A DNA stretch of 46,917 nt from a virus (taxonomy: Duplodnaviria > Heunggongvirae > Uroviricota > Caudoviricetes): positions 1 through 46,917 of the IMG/VR virus record IMGVR_UViG_2974695582_000001, one strand, 5' to 3'. This document shows positions 13,417 through 23,089 of the stretch, piece after piece; the first letter of the stretch is position 1; every line of letters starts with the position of its first letter. The notes beneath the pieces are model-generated. The model did not search any database, was not told where the DNA came from, and saw only the letters and a list, made by a program, of their open reading frames with translations. A program made the position numbers and the translations under genes.

Positions 13417-14999
13417 TGGCAAATAAGGTTGTATCAGCAGACGACGAGTCACAGGAGATTGAGGTTAGAGTAGGTTCCATTGTGGAATACTCCTCATCTT
13501 CTCGTGAGCTTGACGTATTTTCTAGACCTGCCGATGAAGTCCGCAAGATGGACGGAATTACTGCTGCCCTAAAGCGTAAGACCACAAGGGAGATTCAGAA
13601 GTTTCAGCGGGGAACTGATGGTGCAAAGACAAAGCGCGAAGAGCGTGATGAAATCACCGGATACAACCTGTTTGAGGTGGTAATGCCACCATACAATCTT
13701 GACTATCTTGCAGCACTATTCGAGAAGTCATCTCCACACGCGGCTGCTGTAAAGGCTAAGGTTAAGAATATCGCCGGGTTGGGTTATCAGTTTGTAGAGT
13801 CAGAGCTAACTAAGGAAATGCTTGATATCGCAGATGGCAATGAAGCAAAGCTGTCTCGTATTAGAAGGAAGTTGTCTAGGGGTCGTCGTGAGCTTAATGC
13901 ATGGCTAGACTCTTGTAATGAAGAGGATGAGTTCGATGAGACTTTGTCAAAGCTCTGGACGGACTACGAGACAACTGGAAATGCATATCTAGAAATTGGT
14001 AGAAAGACTACAGGAGAAATTGGATATCTAGGTCATATTCCTTCAACGACTCTTCGTATTAGGAAGCAGCGTGACGGGTTTATTCAGATTATCTCAAACC
14101 GTGCCGTATTTTTCAGAAACTTTGGAGACACGGAAACTCCAGACCCTATCGGTAATGATTCACGACCTAACGAGATTATTCATTTCAAGAAGTATTCTCC
14201 AACACATGGATACTATGGAGTTCCAGATGTTGTGGCAGCAATGAATGCTGTTACTGGTAATGAATTCTCAGCCCGATTCAATCTCGATTACTTCGAGAAC
14301 AAGGCTGTTCCTCGTTATGTTATTGTTATCAAGGGTGGTAATCTTTCAGCGAGGTCGGAGCAGCAGATTCTAGAATTCTTCCAGGCTTCCTTGAAGGGCA
14401 AGAATCACAGGACGCTCTATGTTCCTCTGCCAGCCGACGAGGAAGGTAAGAAGGTTTCATTTGAAATGAAGCCAGTCGAGACAGGAACTCAGGATTCTTC
14501 ATTTAACAATTATCGTAAGGGTAATCTAAATGAGATTCTGATGGCTCATGGTGTCCCGATTTCTAAGGTTTCTTTGGGCGAAGGTGTTTCTTTGGCGGCT
14601 GCTCGTGATGCCGACAAGACATTCAAGGAACAGGTCTGTCGTCCAGAGCAGAGAGTTCTTGAGAAGAAGCTGAATAAGATTGTCAAGGAATTGACAGATG
14701 TATTCATTCTCAAGTTGAATGAGCTTTCTTTGACTGACGAAGATACTCAGTCAAAGATTGATGAGCGTTACCTACGTCTTGGCACTTACTTGCCAAATGA
14801 GGTCCGTGCACGTCAGGGACTTCCAGGAATTAAGGGTGGAGACAAGCCGGTGGAACTTAAGCCTCAGCAGGCGGCAGAGCAAAAGACACAGGCTTCTGGT
14901 AATAGGAAGAGGGACCAGGAACGTCAGGCTAATTCTACGGATTCTGCATCTTCCACTAATTCACGAAATCCTCAAGGAGAGGGGAGACAGTCCGCCTAA
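13416..14999 (+). CDS. Portal protein
   Basis: Portal-like segments DYETTGNAYLEI, EIIHFK, YGVPD, FFENKAVP-like, EILMAHGVP, NEVRARQGL; position before protease and capsid. Confidence 0.9.
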   Translation: MANKVVSADDESQEIEVRVGSIVEYSSSSRELDVFSRPADEVRKMDGITAALKRKTTREIQKFQRGTDGAKTKREERDEITGYNLFEVVMPPYNLDYLAALFEKSSPHAAAVKAKVKNIAGLGYQFVESELTKEMLDIADGNEAKLSRIRRKLSRGRRELNAWLDSCNEEDEFDETLSKLWTDYETTGNAYLEIGRKTTGEIGYLGHIPSTTLRIRKQRDGFIQIISNRAVFFRNFGDTETPDPIGNDSRPNEIIHFKKYSPTHGYYGVPDVVAAMNAVTGNEFSARFNLDYFENKAVPRYVIVIKGGNLSARSEQQILEFFQASLKGKNHRTLYVPLPADEEGKKVSFEMKPVETGTQDSSFNNYRKGNLNEILMAHGVPISKVSLGEGVSLAAARDADKTFKEQVCRPEQRVLEKKLNKIVKELTDVFILKLNELSLTDEDTQSKIDERYLRLGTYLPNEVRARQGLPGIKGGDKPVELKPQQAAEQKTQASGNRKRDQERQANSTDSASSTNSRNPQGEGRQSA

Positions 15000-15004
15000 T
15001 CTAA

Positions 15005-15463
15005 ATGGTTAATTTCCTAAGAAGAGCTTGGGACACACTGGCTCTGGCATTGTCCAGACCAGTAAATAAAGTAGCCGCAGCAACGCTGTCAGTATATACA
15101 TTTTTGTGGGGTTTGTGGCTAGCAAGCCCCTTCTGGGAAGTATTTAACGCTGCACATGTTTACTCGTGGCTTGAATCAGTAATGCCGGAAACGGTATGGG
15201 GAATCTTGGCAATGGCTGTAGGAGCAGCTATGACTTACGGCCTTGTCAGAGGTTCTGAAAATTCACTAACGATTGGAGCATTCGTCGGATTCCTTCATTG
15301 GCTAATCATTGGTCTAGGATATTTTGCGGGTGATTGGCGTAATACAGGTGGCATTGCTTCGTTGGCTATGGCTATTTTTTGTGCGGCTATCTACCTAAAC
15401 ATGCGATTCCTACATTTCGCACACAATGATTTGGCTTTTGAAAAGGACTCTGATATTATCTAA
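15005..15463 (+). CDS. Integral membrane protein (~4 TM), function unknown
   Basis: Four hydrophobic segments. Confidence 0.8.
   Translation: MVNFLRRAWDTLALALSRPVNKVAAATLSVYTFLWGLWLASPFWEVFNAAHVYSWLESVMPETVWGILAMAVGAAMTYGLVRGSENSLTIGAFVGFLHWLIIGLGYFAGDWRNTGGIASLAMAIFCAAIYLNMRFLHFAHNDLAFEKDSDII
15431..15459 (+). promoter_or_regulatory. Promoter TTGGCT-17-TATTAT (leaderless ATG 15466)
   Basis: Extended -10 TG; 6 nt to ATG. Confidence 0.65.
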
Positions 15464-15465
15464 TT

Positions 15466-16785
15466 ATGGAGATTAAGAAGGCTCAGTGGGCTTCTGATGG
15501 GGACAATGTTCGCCTAACGATGCCACTATCTAAGGTTGATAAGGAGAACCGCCTGGTTTCAGGTTGGGCTTCTCTTGACAACGCTGATAGCCAGGGAGAC
15601 ATTGTTCTCAAGGAGGCTAACCAGCGTGCATTCAGCCGTTTCCGTGGAAACATCCGTGAAATGCATCAGCCTATCGCTGTTGGTCGCATGGTTGATTTCA
15701 AGGAAGACTCCTACTTCGACCAGGAGACGCAAAAGTTCTATAACGGAATTTTCGTTACAGTATATGTCTCCAAGGGTGCACAGGATACTTGGGAGAAGGT
15801 TCTAGACGGAACACTCCAGGGATTTTCTATCGGTGGAGCAATCAAGGACGCCGAGACACAGTGGGTAAAGGATGCCGGTAAGGCAATCCGCTTTGTCAAG
15901 GATTACGAATTGGTTGAACTAAGCTTGGTAGATTCTCCGGCAAACCAGCTTGCTAATGTATTCTCAATTACTAAGGCTGCCGATGGTAGCACAGTAATGA
16001 AGGGAATGGTAGCAGATACTCGTTCAGAGAATGTCTTCTACTGTGAGGCAGATGGTATTGCTAAGACTTCCACCGAAGATACTGTTTCTTGTGGTAACTG
16101 TGGTTCCGCGATGCAGAATATCGGATGGTTTGAGTACGAGAATGATGAGGATAAGACTGAAAAGGTGTCCAACCTTATCGCTAATCGTAATTCTTCTAAC
16201 ACGAGTGGTTCAGAGGAGCCAATCGCTAAGCAGGAAACTGCACATAATGAAGGAGGTGTTATCGTGGCAGAAGAGAACAAGACTCCTGAAACTGAGGTTG
16301 ATGCCGGTTCTACCGCAACAGTCGTAGACGAGGTTGCTGAAGAGGGTAAGGCTGAAACTGAGGTTGAGTCAAGTACAGAGAGCGTAGCAGAGAAGGCTGA
16401 TGAGGAAAAGCCTGAGGAGGGTTCTGAGGCCGTAGAGGCTGAGGATGAGACCGACATTTCAAAGATGTTCGGAGACCTACAGACTGCTATTGAGTCTGGC
16501 CTTGAGAAGAATGCAAAGGCTGCTGATGAGGCAATTGAGAAGGCAACTAAGGCATTTGAGAACAAGGTAGAAGAGCTTGTACAGAAGCACGACGAGCTTG
16601 TAAATAAGTTTGAGTCTCTAAAGACTGACATTGGTGGCGTTGAAAAGCGTCTAGGTGTTGTAGAGTCTGAGACTGCAATTAAGAAGTCCGGCGACCTCGG
16701 CGGGTCAACGGAAGAAACCCTACAGAAGAGTAATCAGGGTTCAACGTGGGGCGGGCGCTTCCTCGGCCTTTCCGACCTACACTAA
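15466..16785 (+). CDS. Capsid maturation (prohead) protease fused to an acidic scaffold region
   Basis: HK97-protease-like VSGWAS..D.QGD, EMH..IAVG, GFSIGG, ELSLVDSPAN; Cys cluster; Glu-rich C-terminal half. Confidence 0.88.
   Translation: MEIKKAQWASDGDNVRLTMPLSKVDKENRLVSGWASLDNADSQGDIVLKEANQRAFSRFRGNIREMHQPIAVGRMVDFKEDSYFDQETQKFYNGIFVTVYVSKGAQDTWEKVLDGTLQGFSIGGAIKDAETQWVKDAGKAIRFVKDYELVELSLVDSPANQLANVFSITKAADGSTVMKGMVADTRSENVFYCEADGIAKTSTEDTVSCGNCGSAMQNIGWFEYENDEDKTEKVSNLIANRNSSNTSGSEEPIAKQETAHNEGGVIVAEENKTPETEVDAGSTATVVDEVAEEGKAETEVESSTESVAEKADEEKPEEGSEAVEAEDETDISKMFGDLQTAIESGLEKNAKAADEAIEKATKAFENKVEELVQKHDELVNKFESLKTDIGGVEKRLGVVESETAIKKSGDLGGSTEETLQKSNQGSTWGGRFLGLSDLH
16264..16785 (+). 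CDS. Nested in-frame scaffolding protein (internal GTG start)
   Basis: AAGGAGGTG at 16250-16258, GTG at 16264 in frame with the protease; acidic coiled-coil product. Confidence 0.65.
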   Translation: MAEENKTPETEVDAGSTATVVDEVAEEGKAETEVESSTESVAEKADEEKPEEGSEAVEAEDETDISKMFGDLQTAIESGLEKNAKAADEAIEKATKAFENKVEELVQKHDELVNKFESLKTDIGGVEKRLGVVESETAIKKSGDLGGSTEETLQKSNQGSTWGGRFLGLSDLH

Positions 16786-16821
16786 TTTATTCCTAGGAAA
16801 TATGGAGGTGACACAAACAAA

Positions 16822-17817
16822 ATGAGTAATGAATTGCTAGAGAAGGTTATCCGTACCACCGAAGTTGGTGCTGGTGGCGGTGGTCTTCTAAACGCTGAGC
16901 AGGCAGACCGTTTCATTGACTACATGTGGGATGCTACTGTACTTGGTTCACAGGTACGTACAATCCGTATGCGAGCAACTGAGATGGATATTGACAAGGT
17001 TGGTGTTGGTGAGCGTCTAATGCGTGTAGCTACCGAGGCTGTTGACGATGGTGTCAACGCTGGAGCAGTCTTCACGAAGATTTCGCTAACCACCAAGAAG
17101 TTGCGTCTCGACTGGGAGCTTTCAACTGAGTCTCTTGAGGACAACCTTGAGGGCGAGGCTCTTGAGGACCACATTGCGCGCCTTATGGCAACGCAGGCTG
17201 GTAACGATATCGAGGATGTTGCTATTAATGGTAACACCGCGCTTACTTCCGACCCGCTAATGAAGGCATTTGACGGTTGGCGCAAGCTAGCCCTTGCCGG
17301 TGGACACGTTGTTGACCACGCGGGACAGCCACTTAACCGTGCTGCTGCGAACAAGGCTCTTAAGGCGATGCCACGTAAGTACATGCAGCGTCGTAACGGT
17401 CTTAAGTTCTTCACAGGTTCTAACTTGATTCAGGATTACCTATACGGTCTTACCCAGACTGCATCTGGTCTAATCTCACTTGAGAACGTCGCAGAGGGAG
17501 TTACACGTAACGGTGTTCGTACTGATGGTCCTGCTGGATTCAACAGTACACCAATGTTCGGTATCCCAACTCAGGAAGTACCACTATTCCTTGAGACTGT
17601 TGATGGAGACTATTCAGGTGCTACGGGTGACCACGGTGACCTATGGCTAACATTCCCACAGAACATGCTCTGGGGAGTTAAGCGAGAGATTCAGGTCTAT
17701 CGCGAGTTCAAGCCAAAGAAGGACACCATCGAGTACACAATGTATTGCCGTGTTGGTACACAGATTGAGAATGCAGACGCTTTTGTTGTTGTAAAGAACA
17801 TCAAGGTTTCAGCCTGA
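16822..17817 (+). CDS. Major capsid protein (HK97 fold)
   Basis: Position after protease/scaffold; GGGLLNAEQADRFID, ESLEDN, NGNT segments; strong GGAGGTGA RBS; terminator downstream. Confidence 0.9.
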   Translation: MSNELLEKVIRTTEVGAGGGGLLNAEQADRFIDYMWDATVLGSQVRTIRMRATEMDIDKVGVGERLMRVATEAVDDGVNAGAVFTKISLTTKKLRLDWELSTESLEDNLEGEALEDHIARLMATQAGNDIEDVAINGNTALTSDPLMKAFDGWRKLALAGGHVVDHAGQPLNRAAANKALKAMPRKYMQRRNGLKFFTGSNLIQDYLYGLTQTASGLISLENVAEGVTRNGVRTDGPAGFNSTPMFGIPTQEVPLFLETVDGDYSGATGDHGDLWLTFPQNMLWGVKREIQVYREFKPKKDTIEYTMYCRVGTQIENADAFVVVKNIKVSA

Positions 17818-17832
17818 TAATTCTGTCTGACA

Positions 17833-17858
17833 GACCCCCGCTTTCGAGCGGGGGTTTT
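17833..17858 (+). terminator. Intrinsic terminator after the capsid gene
   Basis: GACCCCCGCT-TTCG-AGCGGGGGTT-TT. Confidence 0.9.
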
Positions 17859-17885
17859 GTCGTTGAACGGACTGTCTGCTATAAT
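17857..17885 (+). promoter_or_regulatory. Promoter TTGTCG-17-TATAAT
   Basis: Extended -10 TGC; overlaps the terminator tail. Confidence 0.7.
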
Positions 17886-17916
17886 GAAATCACAATAGGA
17901 GGAACTAAAAAATACT

Positions 17917-18318
17917 ATGAGTTTCAATACACTAAAGAAGGAAGACCTTCTTAAGATTGCCGAAGATTACGGCGTAGACGTAAAGCCTAGTGACAACAAG
18001 GCTGTAATTGTTGCTGCCCTTTCTGAGGATGGTGTTCTATGGGAGGATGTTGCCAAGATGGACCAGACTGTAGCAGAGCAGGATTCAATTATCAAGGAAG
18101 AGGAAGCGGTTACTGTGGCTGAGGAAAAGGCTAAGTTGCCGAAGGCCCTTTTGAAGATGATTCGAGCGAATGGAACTTACGAGATTCGTGGATATACGTT
18201 TAAGCGTGAGCACCCGTTTGCACTAGTTGCAGAGGATGACGCAGAGTTCATTGTAGAAAACGACCCTGAGGGATTCCGTTACGCAACGCCTAAGGAGGCA
18301 CAGGCTTTCTATGGCTGA
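17917..18318 (+). CDS. Hypothetical virion/assembly protein with an N-terminal helical hairpin (Rho-N/HeH-like by eye)
   Basis: LKKEDLLKIAEDYGV...NKAVIVAAL pattern; AGGAGG RBS. Confidence 0.8.
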   Translation: MSFNTLKKEDLLKIAEDYGVDVKPSDNKAVIVAALSEDGVLWEDVAKMDQTVAEQDSIIKEEEAVTVAEEKAKLPKALLKMIRANGTYEIRGYTFKREHPFALVAEDDAEFIVENDPEGFRYATPKEAQAFYG

Positions 18319-18697
18319 TATTGTTTTCCCAGGAATGGCAGCGGGGGGTCCTCTAGGGCAGGACTACCTTCCTGCTAATTATGACCTCGTGCTGTACAAG
18401 GGAGACTATTTCAGCATGAGCCTGACATTTAAGAATCCCGACAATTCTCCAATGGATTTGACGGGATATACAGCACAATGTAGCATTCGAGCTACAGTTG
18501 GTGCTTCTGAAGGATTTGACGCAGAGCTTACAATTACCCCATTGCAGGGTAAGGTAGATGTTCTATTCCCAAGTTCTGTAACTTCAACACTGACTGCTGG
18601 AGATTATGTTTGGGATTTCCAGCTTACAAACCCTGATGATAATGTAAGAACATTTTTCGCGGGTGACGTAAAGGTTTATGGAGAGATTACTTCATGA
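18311..18697 (+). CDS. Ig-like virion protein
   Basis: YDLVLYKGDYF...DLTGYTA...YVWDFQL pattern typical of beta-sandwich phage structural proteins. Confidence 0.7.
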   Translation: MADIVFPGMAAGGPLGQDYLPANYDLVLYKGDYFSMSLTFKNPDNSPMDLTGYTAQCSIRATVGASEGFDAELTITPLQGKVDVLFPSSVTSTLTAGDYVWDFQLTNPDDNVRTFFAGDVKVYGEITS

Positions 18698-20193
18698 GTA
18701 CACCAGTAGGCCCAATCACAGTAGAGATTACCACGCAGGAGTCTGGAACCGTACAGGTTAGCCAGACTCCTGCCCCTGGCCTTGAATTGGCTACAAACGG
18801 CCCACAGGGAGCACCAGGAACTAGAATCTATCAGACCAATGGACAGCCTAGCAACAGTGTTGGTTTGGCTGGAGACTATGCACTCGACACGGCAACCGGA
18901 AGGCTTTATGGCCCGAAGGGAAGTGTTTGGACATCATGGGCTCAAATTCCAGGCATCACGGAAACAGGATGGCATGAGAATGGTCAGGCTGAATTTAACG
19001 GCTCTGATATTTACCTTACATCCGCTGGAGGAGGCTTTGGTGCTGGTACTCTTTGGTATGGAACTTCACAAGCTTCTAATGCAGTAGACGTAACCTTTGA
19101 GCTTGAGATGAGTGGTGGTTCTGGTGCAGATGGTATCACATTTGCATTTGCAGACACATCTACAGCAAATACATTCGTCGGTGGTGGCGGAGGAGAGCTA
19201 GGAATTGTTGGTGTAAATTCTGTCGCGGTGGCTTTTGTTACTGCACCTGACGAGAAGGCAAAGATTGTTACCACAACCCCTACAGGAATGACTACGGTTG
19301 TGGAGTCTGCCGTTATCGATTTGAGACCTAATCCAGTCACAGTAAGAATTAAGTATAATGGTACAAAGTTGACTGTATGGATTGATGGCACTCAGGTATT
19401 TGACCAGACAATTTCGATTCCTGCGAATTCTAAGCTCGGATTTACTGCTGCCAATGGTGGTTCGGATGACAATCACATTATTCGAAATGTGTCTTTTGTC
19501 CCTAGTGGTGGAATGCTTCTTAAGGGAGAAAAGGGAGACACTGGAAATGTAGGTAGTCAGGGTATTGCCGGAACAGATGGTGAACCGGGACCAGCCAATA
19601 CACTTTCCATTGGAACTGTAACAACCGGCGCGGCGGGTTCTTCAGCAAGCGCTTCAGTCACAGGAACGTCACCCAACCAGACTTTGAATCTTACGATTCC
19701 AAAGGGAGACAAGGGTGATACTGGAAATACTGGAGCAACAGGAACAAACAATACCACGATTGTCAGAAAGACAGCCGACGAACAGGTTACGAATAGTACA
19801 ACTGTTCAGGATGATGACCATTTCGTTATTGCAGTTGAGGCGAATTCAACATATGCAATCGACTCATTTATGATGTTCGAGTCTGACGCTGCTGCTGACA
19901 TCAAGTTTACATTTACTGGTCCTGCCGGTTCGACAATTTACTTTACATCAGATGGTGTGTCCGCTGGAAATTCAAATAACATTGGAAGCGTCAAGATGGA
20001 TGCCAATGCTGGTGGAGCAGAAACGGTTCTTGGTGGATTTGTTGGAACAAGAACAACAATGAGACCTGCCGGAATCATTGTAACTGGCGGTACTGCTGGA
20101 AGCCTAACATTTAGGTGGGCTCAGAATGCCCTGTCAGCAACCCCAACAACTTTGTATGCCAATTCATGGCTAAGAATCCAGAAAATGGCGTAA
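18694..20193 (+). CDS. Collagen-repeat fibre protein with L-type (legume) lectin-like domain
   Basis: G-X-Y runs (KGEKGDTGNVGSQGIAGTDGEPGP; KGDKGDTGNTGATG); GADGITFAF and GFTAANGG..DNH lectin-like motifs. Confidence 0.75.
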   Translation: MSTPVGPITVEITTQESGTVQVSQTPAPGLELATNGPQGAPGTRIYQTNGQPSNSVGLAGDYALDTATGRLYGPKGSVWTSWAQIPGITETGWHENGQAEFNGSDIYLTSAGGGFGAGTLWYGTSQASNAVDVTFELEMSGGSGADGITFAFADTSTANTFVGGGGGELGIVGVNSVAVAFVTAPDEKAKIVTTTPTGMTTVVESAVIDLRPNPVTVRIKYNGTKLTVWIDGTQVFDQTISIPANSKLGFTAANGGSDDNHIIRNVSFVPSGGMLLKGEKGDTGNVGSQGIAGTDGEPGPANTLSIGTVTTGAAGSSASASVTGTSPNQTLNLTIPKGDKGDTGNTGATGTNNTTIVRKTADEQVTNSTTVQDDDHFVIAVEANSTYAIDSFMMFESDAAADIKFTFTGPAGSTIYFTSDGVSAGNSNNIGSVKMDANAGGAETVLGGFVGTRTTMRPAGIIVTGGTAGSLTFRWAQNALSATPTTLYANSWLRIQKMA

Positions 20194-20214
20194 TAAAATT
20201 TAACGAGGTATACT
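20186..20214 (+). promoter_or_regulatory. Promoter TGGCGT-17-TATACT (probable leaderless ATG 20221)
   Basis: -10 ends 6 nt before ATG. Confidence 0.5.
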
Positions 20215-20220
20215 TACATT

Positions 20221-21129
20221 ATGGAAATTTACAGAAATGAACTAGCTAATGTTGATTTGAAGGTGCCCGTCACCGCAATCAATGGAACCTTCGAGGTAGC
20301 TGCCTATGAAGGGGATACATTGCTGTACACATTTCCTACCGTCACGGCAACTACTGGCGGGTATCGTGTAACCTTGCCGTTCAGTCTTGTAGACAATGAT
20401 GGCTCTTTCGTGATTAGATGGAAGTTTAATTATACAGAGAATGCCACTACAAAGACTTATCGCTACAACACTTCAGTGAATGTTGTAACACCATATGTAA
20501 CCATTGAAGAAATTCGCGCGGCTACGGAGATGTCGGTAACTGATGTTTCTGATGCTGAGCTTATCAGGCTTGAAAGACGTATCCGAGGTGTAATCGACAA
20601 TTACACAGGGCAGTCCTTTGGTCGATATGTGGGAACTAAGCAGGTTATTGGCTCTGGTGATAATGAGCTTAAGCTAAGCAATAGACTGGTTTCTATTGAC
20701 AATATCACTGGCGCAAACATCATGTACGATTCTGAAGGCGTTTCCGCTGCGGGATTTTATTCTGTTCGTGGAGATGGCTGGTATGTTGGTGTATCTAATC
20801 CCGTTCCTGATGGCGACTATGTTTTCCAAAATGTAATCCGTGACCCAGATTCTATGTGGAATTATGGCGGGTTCAAGGACAACATGGTTTATACCGTAAC
20901 AGGAACCTGGGGTTGGGATGATGTACCAGCAGAGGTAAAGGAAGCGGCTCTATCACTTTGTGAAGACGAGCTTTGCCCTCAGTCAGAATACAGAGACAGA
21001 TACCTTAAGAGTATTTCCGGAGACGGATGGAGATACGAATATGTTCCAAACGCTTATTATGGAACTGGAAGTGTCATTGCTGACCAGCTTCTAGCACCAT
21101 TTAGATATAGCACAATGACGGTGATTTAA
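20221..21129 (+). CDS. Head-to-tail adaptor (with N-terminal extension)
   Basis: YVTIEEI...IDNYTG..F and YTVTGTWGW..VPAEVKEAA motifs; position after head genes. Confidence 0.75.
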   Translation: MEIYRNELANVDLKVPVTAINGTFEVAAYEGDTLLYTFPTVTATTGGYRVTLPFSLVDNDGSFVIRWKFNYTENATTKTYRYNTSVNVVTPYVTIEEIRAATEMSVTDVSDAELIRLERRIRGVIDNYTGQSFGRYVGTKQVIGSGDNELKLSNRLVSIDNITGANIMYDSEGVSAAGFYSVRGDGWYVGVSNPVPDGDYVFQNVIRDPDSMWNYGGFKDNMVYTVTGTWGWDDVPAEVKEAALSLCEDELCPQSEYRDRYLKSISGDGWRYEYVPNAYYGTGSVIADQLLAPFRYSTMTVI

Positions 21130-21130
21130 T

Positions 21131-21619
21131 ATGATTAGATGTCTAGCAAGTGCAAAGTTCAGTATGCTTGCCGATATTATCAAGCCAGAAGGCGCACCGG
21201 ACGATTCTTCATCTACAACAGGACATTGGGAGTGGGTTCAGGACCCTGACACTGGAGCTTTTGTTCAAGTATGGGTTACTGATGACCCGGAAACTCCTGA
21301 TGTTGAAGGAGATGTGAGAACTGTAAAGTGTCGCGCTAAGGCAGCACTTACAGGAAGTATTCGTTCAGCAGAGCATTTCGGCTCAGAGTATTTGAATGAA
21401 GAGTGGGTTAAGCTTGAGCTTCCATTCAATGCCGACATTACTTTGAGAGACAGAGTGACAAATATCCGAACACTCAAGGGACAGGTTCTTTGGTCAGAGG
21501 AGGAGTCTAGCGGTAATCCAGCAACTACGTTTGATGTATTCCGTGTGTCTCCAGAAATTGACGGCTTTGGAACTGTAATCGGAAAGATTGCTCTTGTCAA
21601 GAGGGCGGTGGTTCAGTAA
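21131..21619 (+). CDS. Probable head-closure (stopper) protein
   Basis: Synteny; DITLRDRV-type motif. Confidence 0.6.
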   Translation: MIRCLASAKFSMLADIIKPEGAPDDSSSTTGHWEWVQDPDTGAFVQVWVTDDPETPDVEGDVRTVKCRAKAALTGSIRSAEHFGSEYLNEEWVKLELPFNADITLRDRVTNIRTLKGQVLWSEEESSGNPATTFDVFRVSPEIDGFGTVIGKIALVKRAVVQ

Positions 21620-22443
21620 TGGCAAGAAACTATGTTGGATTCAATGTAGACTTCGCTGAGGCTGCCGCTCTCTCCGGATTTCTTAAGACTCTATCTACCG
21701 AAATTAAGACAACCCGACATATTGGTCCTGTTTTGAAGTATGTTCATTCAGTCATGTCTCAGGAGTTCACTGATTACATGACTGTTATGGCTGCTTCACA
21801 GCCATCTAGATTCCATCACGTTTACGAATGGGGAGAGGCTGGAAATCCAGGAGCACGTCTATGGGAGGACGTTCTAATTGGTGGAGGAAATAGCCGTACA
21901 GCATCATTTAGATGGAAGGCATCAAAGCAGGTTGTTCCTGTTCGCGATGATTTTCAAGCGGCGGGTGTAAAGCAAATCCACGTCTTTGTATGGAAGGCTC
22001 CAGTAATGGAATATAACAAGCAGATTACTATCTCTCCTAAGAGAGGTAAGATTCTCGCTTACTTCACTGGACCAACAAATCCTGAGGGAAAGTATAAGAT
22101 GCAGTTTACTCAGAATCCAATTCAGGTAAGTAATCCTGGTGGAAGACTTACTACTGGTTCGTTTACACGAGAATACGTTTCTTGGTGGGGTGGAGCTGGT
22201 TCTCAGGGAGTCTTTGAATCTCGAATTAGAAAGATTCTAGAAGAGGATTTGGGTAAAATGCCTATTGAGTCTGCCACGAAGAGATTTAGAAGACCTACCA
22301 CTAAGACTTTCAAGATGCAGACTCTTGGACAGGCCACACAAGCTGAGGCATATGGAAAGGCAGCAGCAAGAAAGTATCTTGGGTCTAGGTCTAACAAGTA
22401 TATTGAGGCAGCGAAGGCCCGAGAGAGGATTATTTACGGATGA
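21619..22443 (+). CDS. Probable neck/tail-completion protein
   Basis: Synteny between stopper and terminator; basic C-terminus. Confidence 0.5.
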   Translation: MARNYVGFNVDFAEAAALSGFLKTLSTEIKTTRHIGPVLKYVHSVMSQEFTDYMTVMAASQPSRFHHVYEWGEAGNPGARLWEDVLIGGGNSRTASFRWKASKQVVPVRDDFQAAGVKQIHVFVWKAPVMEYNKQITISPKRGKILAYFTGPTNPEGKYKMQFTQNPIQVSNPGGRLTTGSFTREYVSWWGGAGSQGVFESRIRKILEEDLGKMPIESATKRFRRPTTKTFKMQTLGQATQAEAYGKAAARKYLGSRSNKYIEAAKARERIIYG

Positions 22444-22985
22444 CAAATTACAAGCCAATTGGCGCACACCAAGTTAACAAGTGGCTTTGGTCTCAGCTTA
22501 AGAACTTTGAATATAAGACTGGGGTAAAGGCATTTAAGGATTATAAGGATTCTGGAAATACTTCTGGATTCCCTGTTGTCCCAATTATTCCGGGTGTTCA
22601 ATCATCTGCATTTAGTGATATGACTGGAAACAGAAGTCCTTTCATTGTTTATAATTACATTACTAGCGGCTATACCACTGAATGGTGGCTGTGTCGAGAG
22701 CAGTGTGCTTATGTCATTTACGACAACGATGAAGAACGCTTGATTTCAATTCTTCATTATATGTCAGATTTGCTTAAGAGAATGGATTGGACAGCCAGAA
22801 ATATCAATAACAGTGGTCTAGCTGACCCGAGATTTGATATGAAGTATGTACAGCTTACAAGCTCTGCTGGTCCTGACGATTATCAGGTCACCACAGAGCT
22901 GAGTTTGAGAGGGGCCATGCTGGTAATCAATTACGAGTACACAGTAGATATGGACACTCTTGAAGGCAGTGGCCTTAGGGTATAA
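22440..22985 (+). CDS. Probable tail terminator protein
   Basis: Synteny just before the major tail gene; SPFIVY pattern. Confidence 0.55.
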   Translation: MTNYKPIGAHQVNKWLWSQLKNFEYKTGVKAFKDYKDSGNTSGFPVVPIIPGVQSSAFSDMTGNRSPFIVYNYITSGYTTEWWLCREQCAYVIYDNDEERLISILHYMSDLLKRMDWTARNINNSGLADPRFDMKYVQLTSSAGPDDYQVTTELSLRGAMLVINYEYTVDMDTLEGSGLRV

Positions 22986-22994
22986 TTCGGGAAT

Positions 22995-23024
22995 TTGGCT
23001 TTAGAACCGAAATCGCGATAATAT
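22995..23024 (+). promoter_or_regulatory. Promoter TTGGCT-18-TAATAT for the major tail gene
   Basis: Hexamers in the intergenic gap. Confidence 0.55.
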
Positions 23025-23089
23025 ACTTTTAGAGGAAGTGCCTAGCCAGCACACAAATCTTTTAACCTAAATGGAGGTGACATTCAAAA

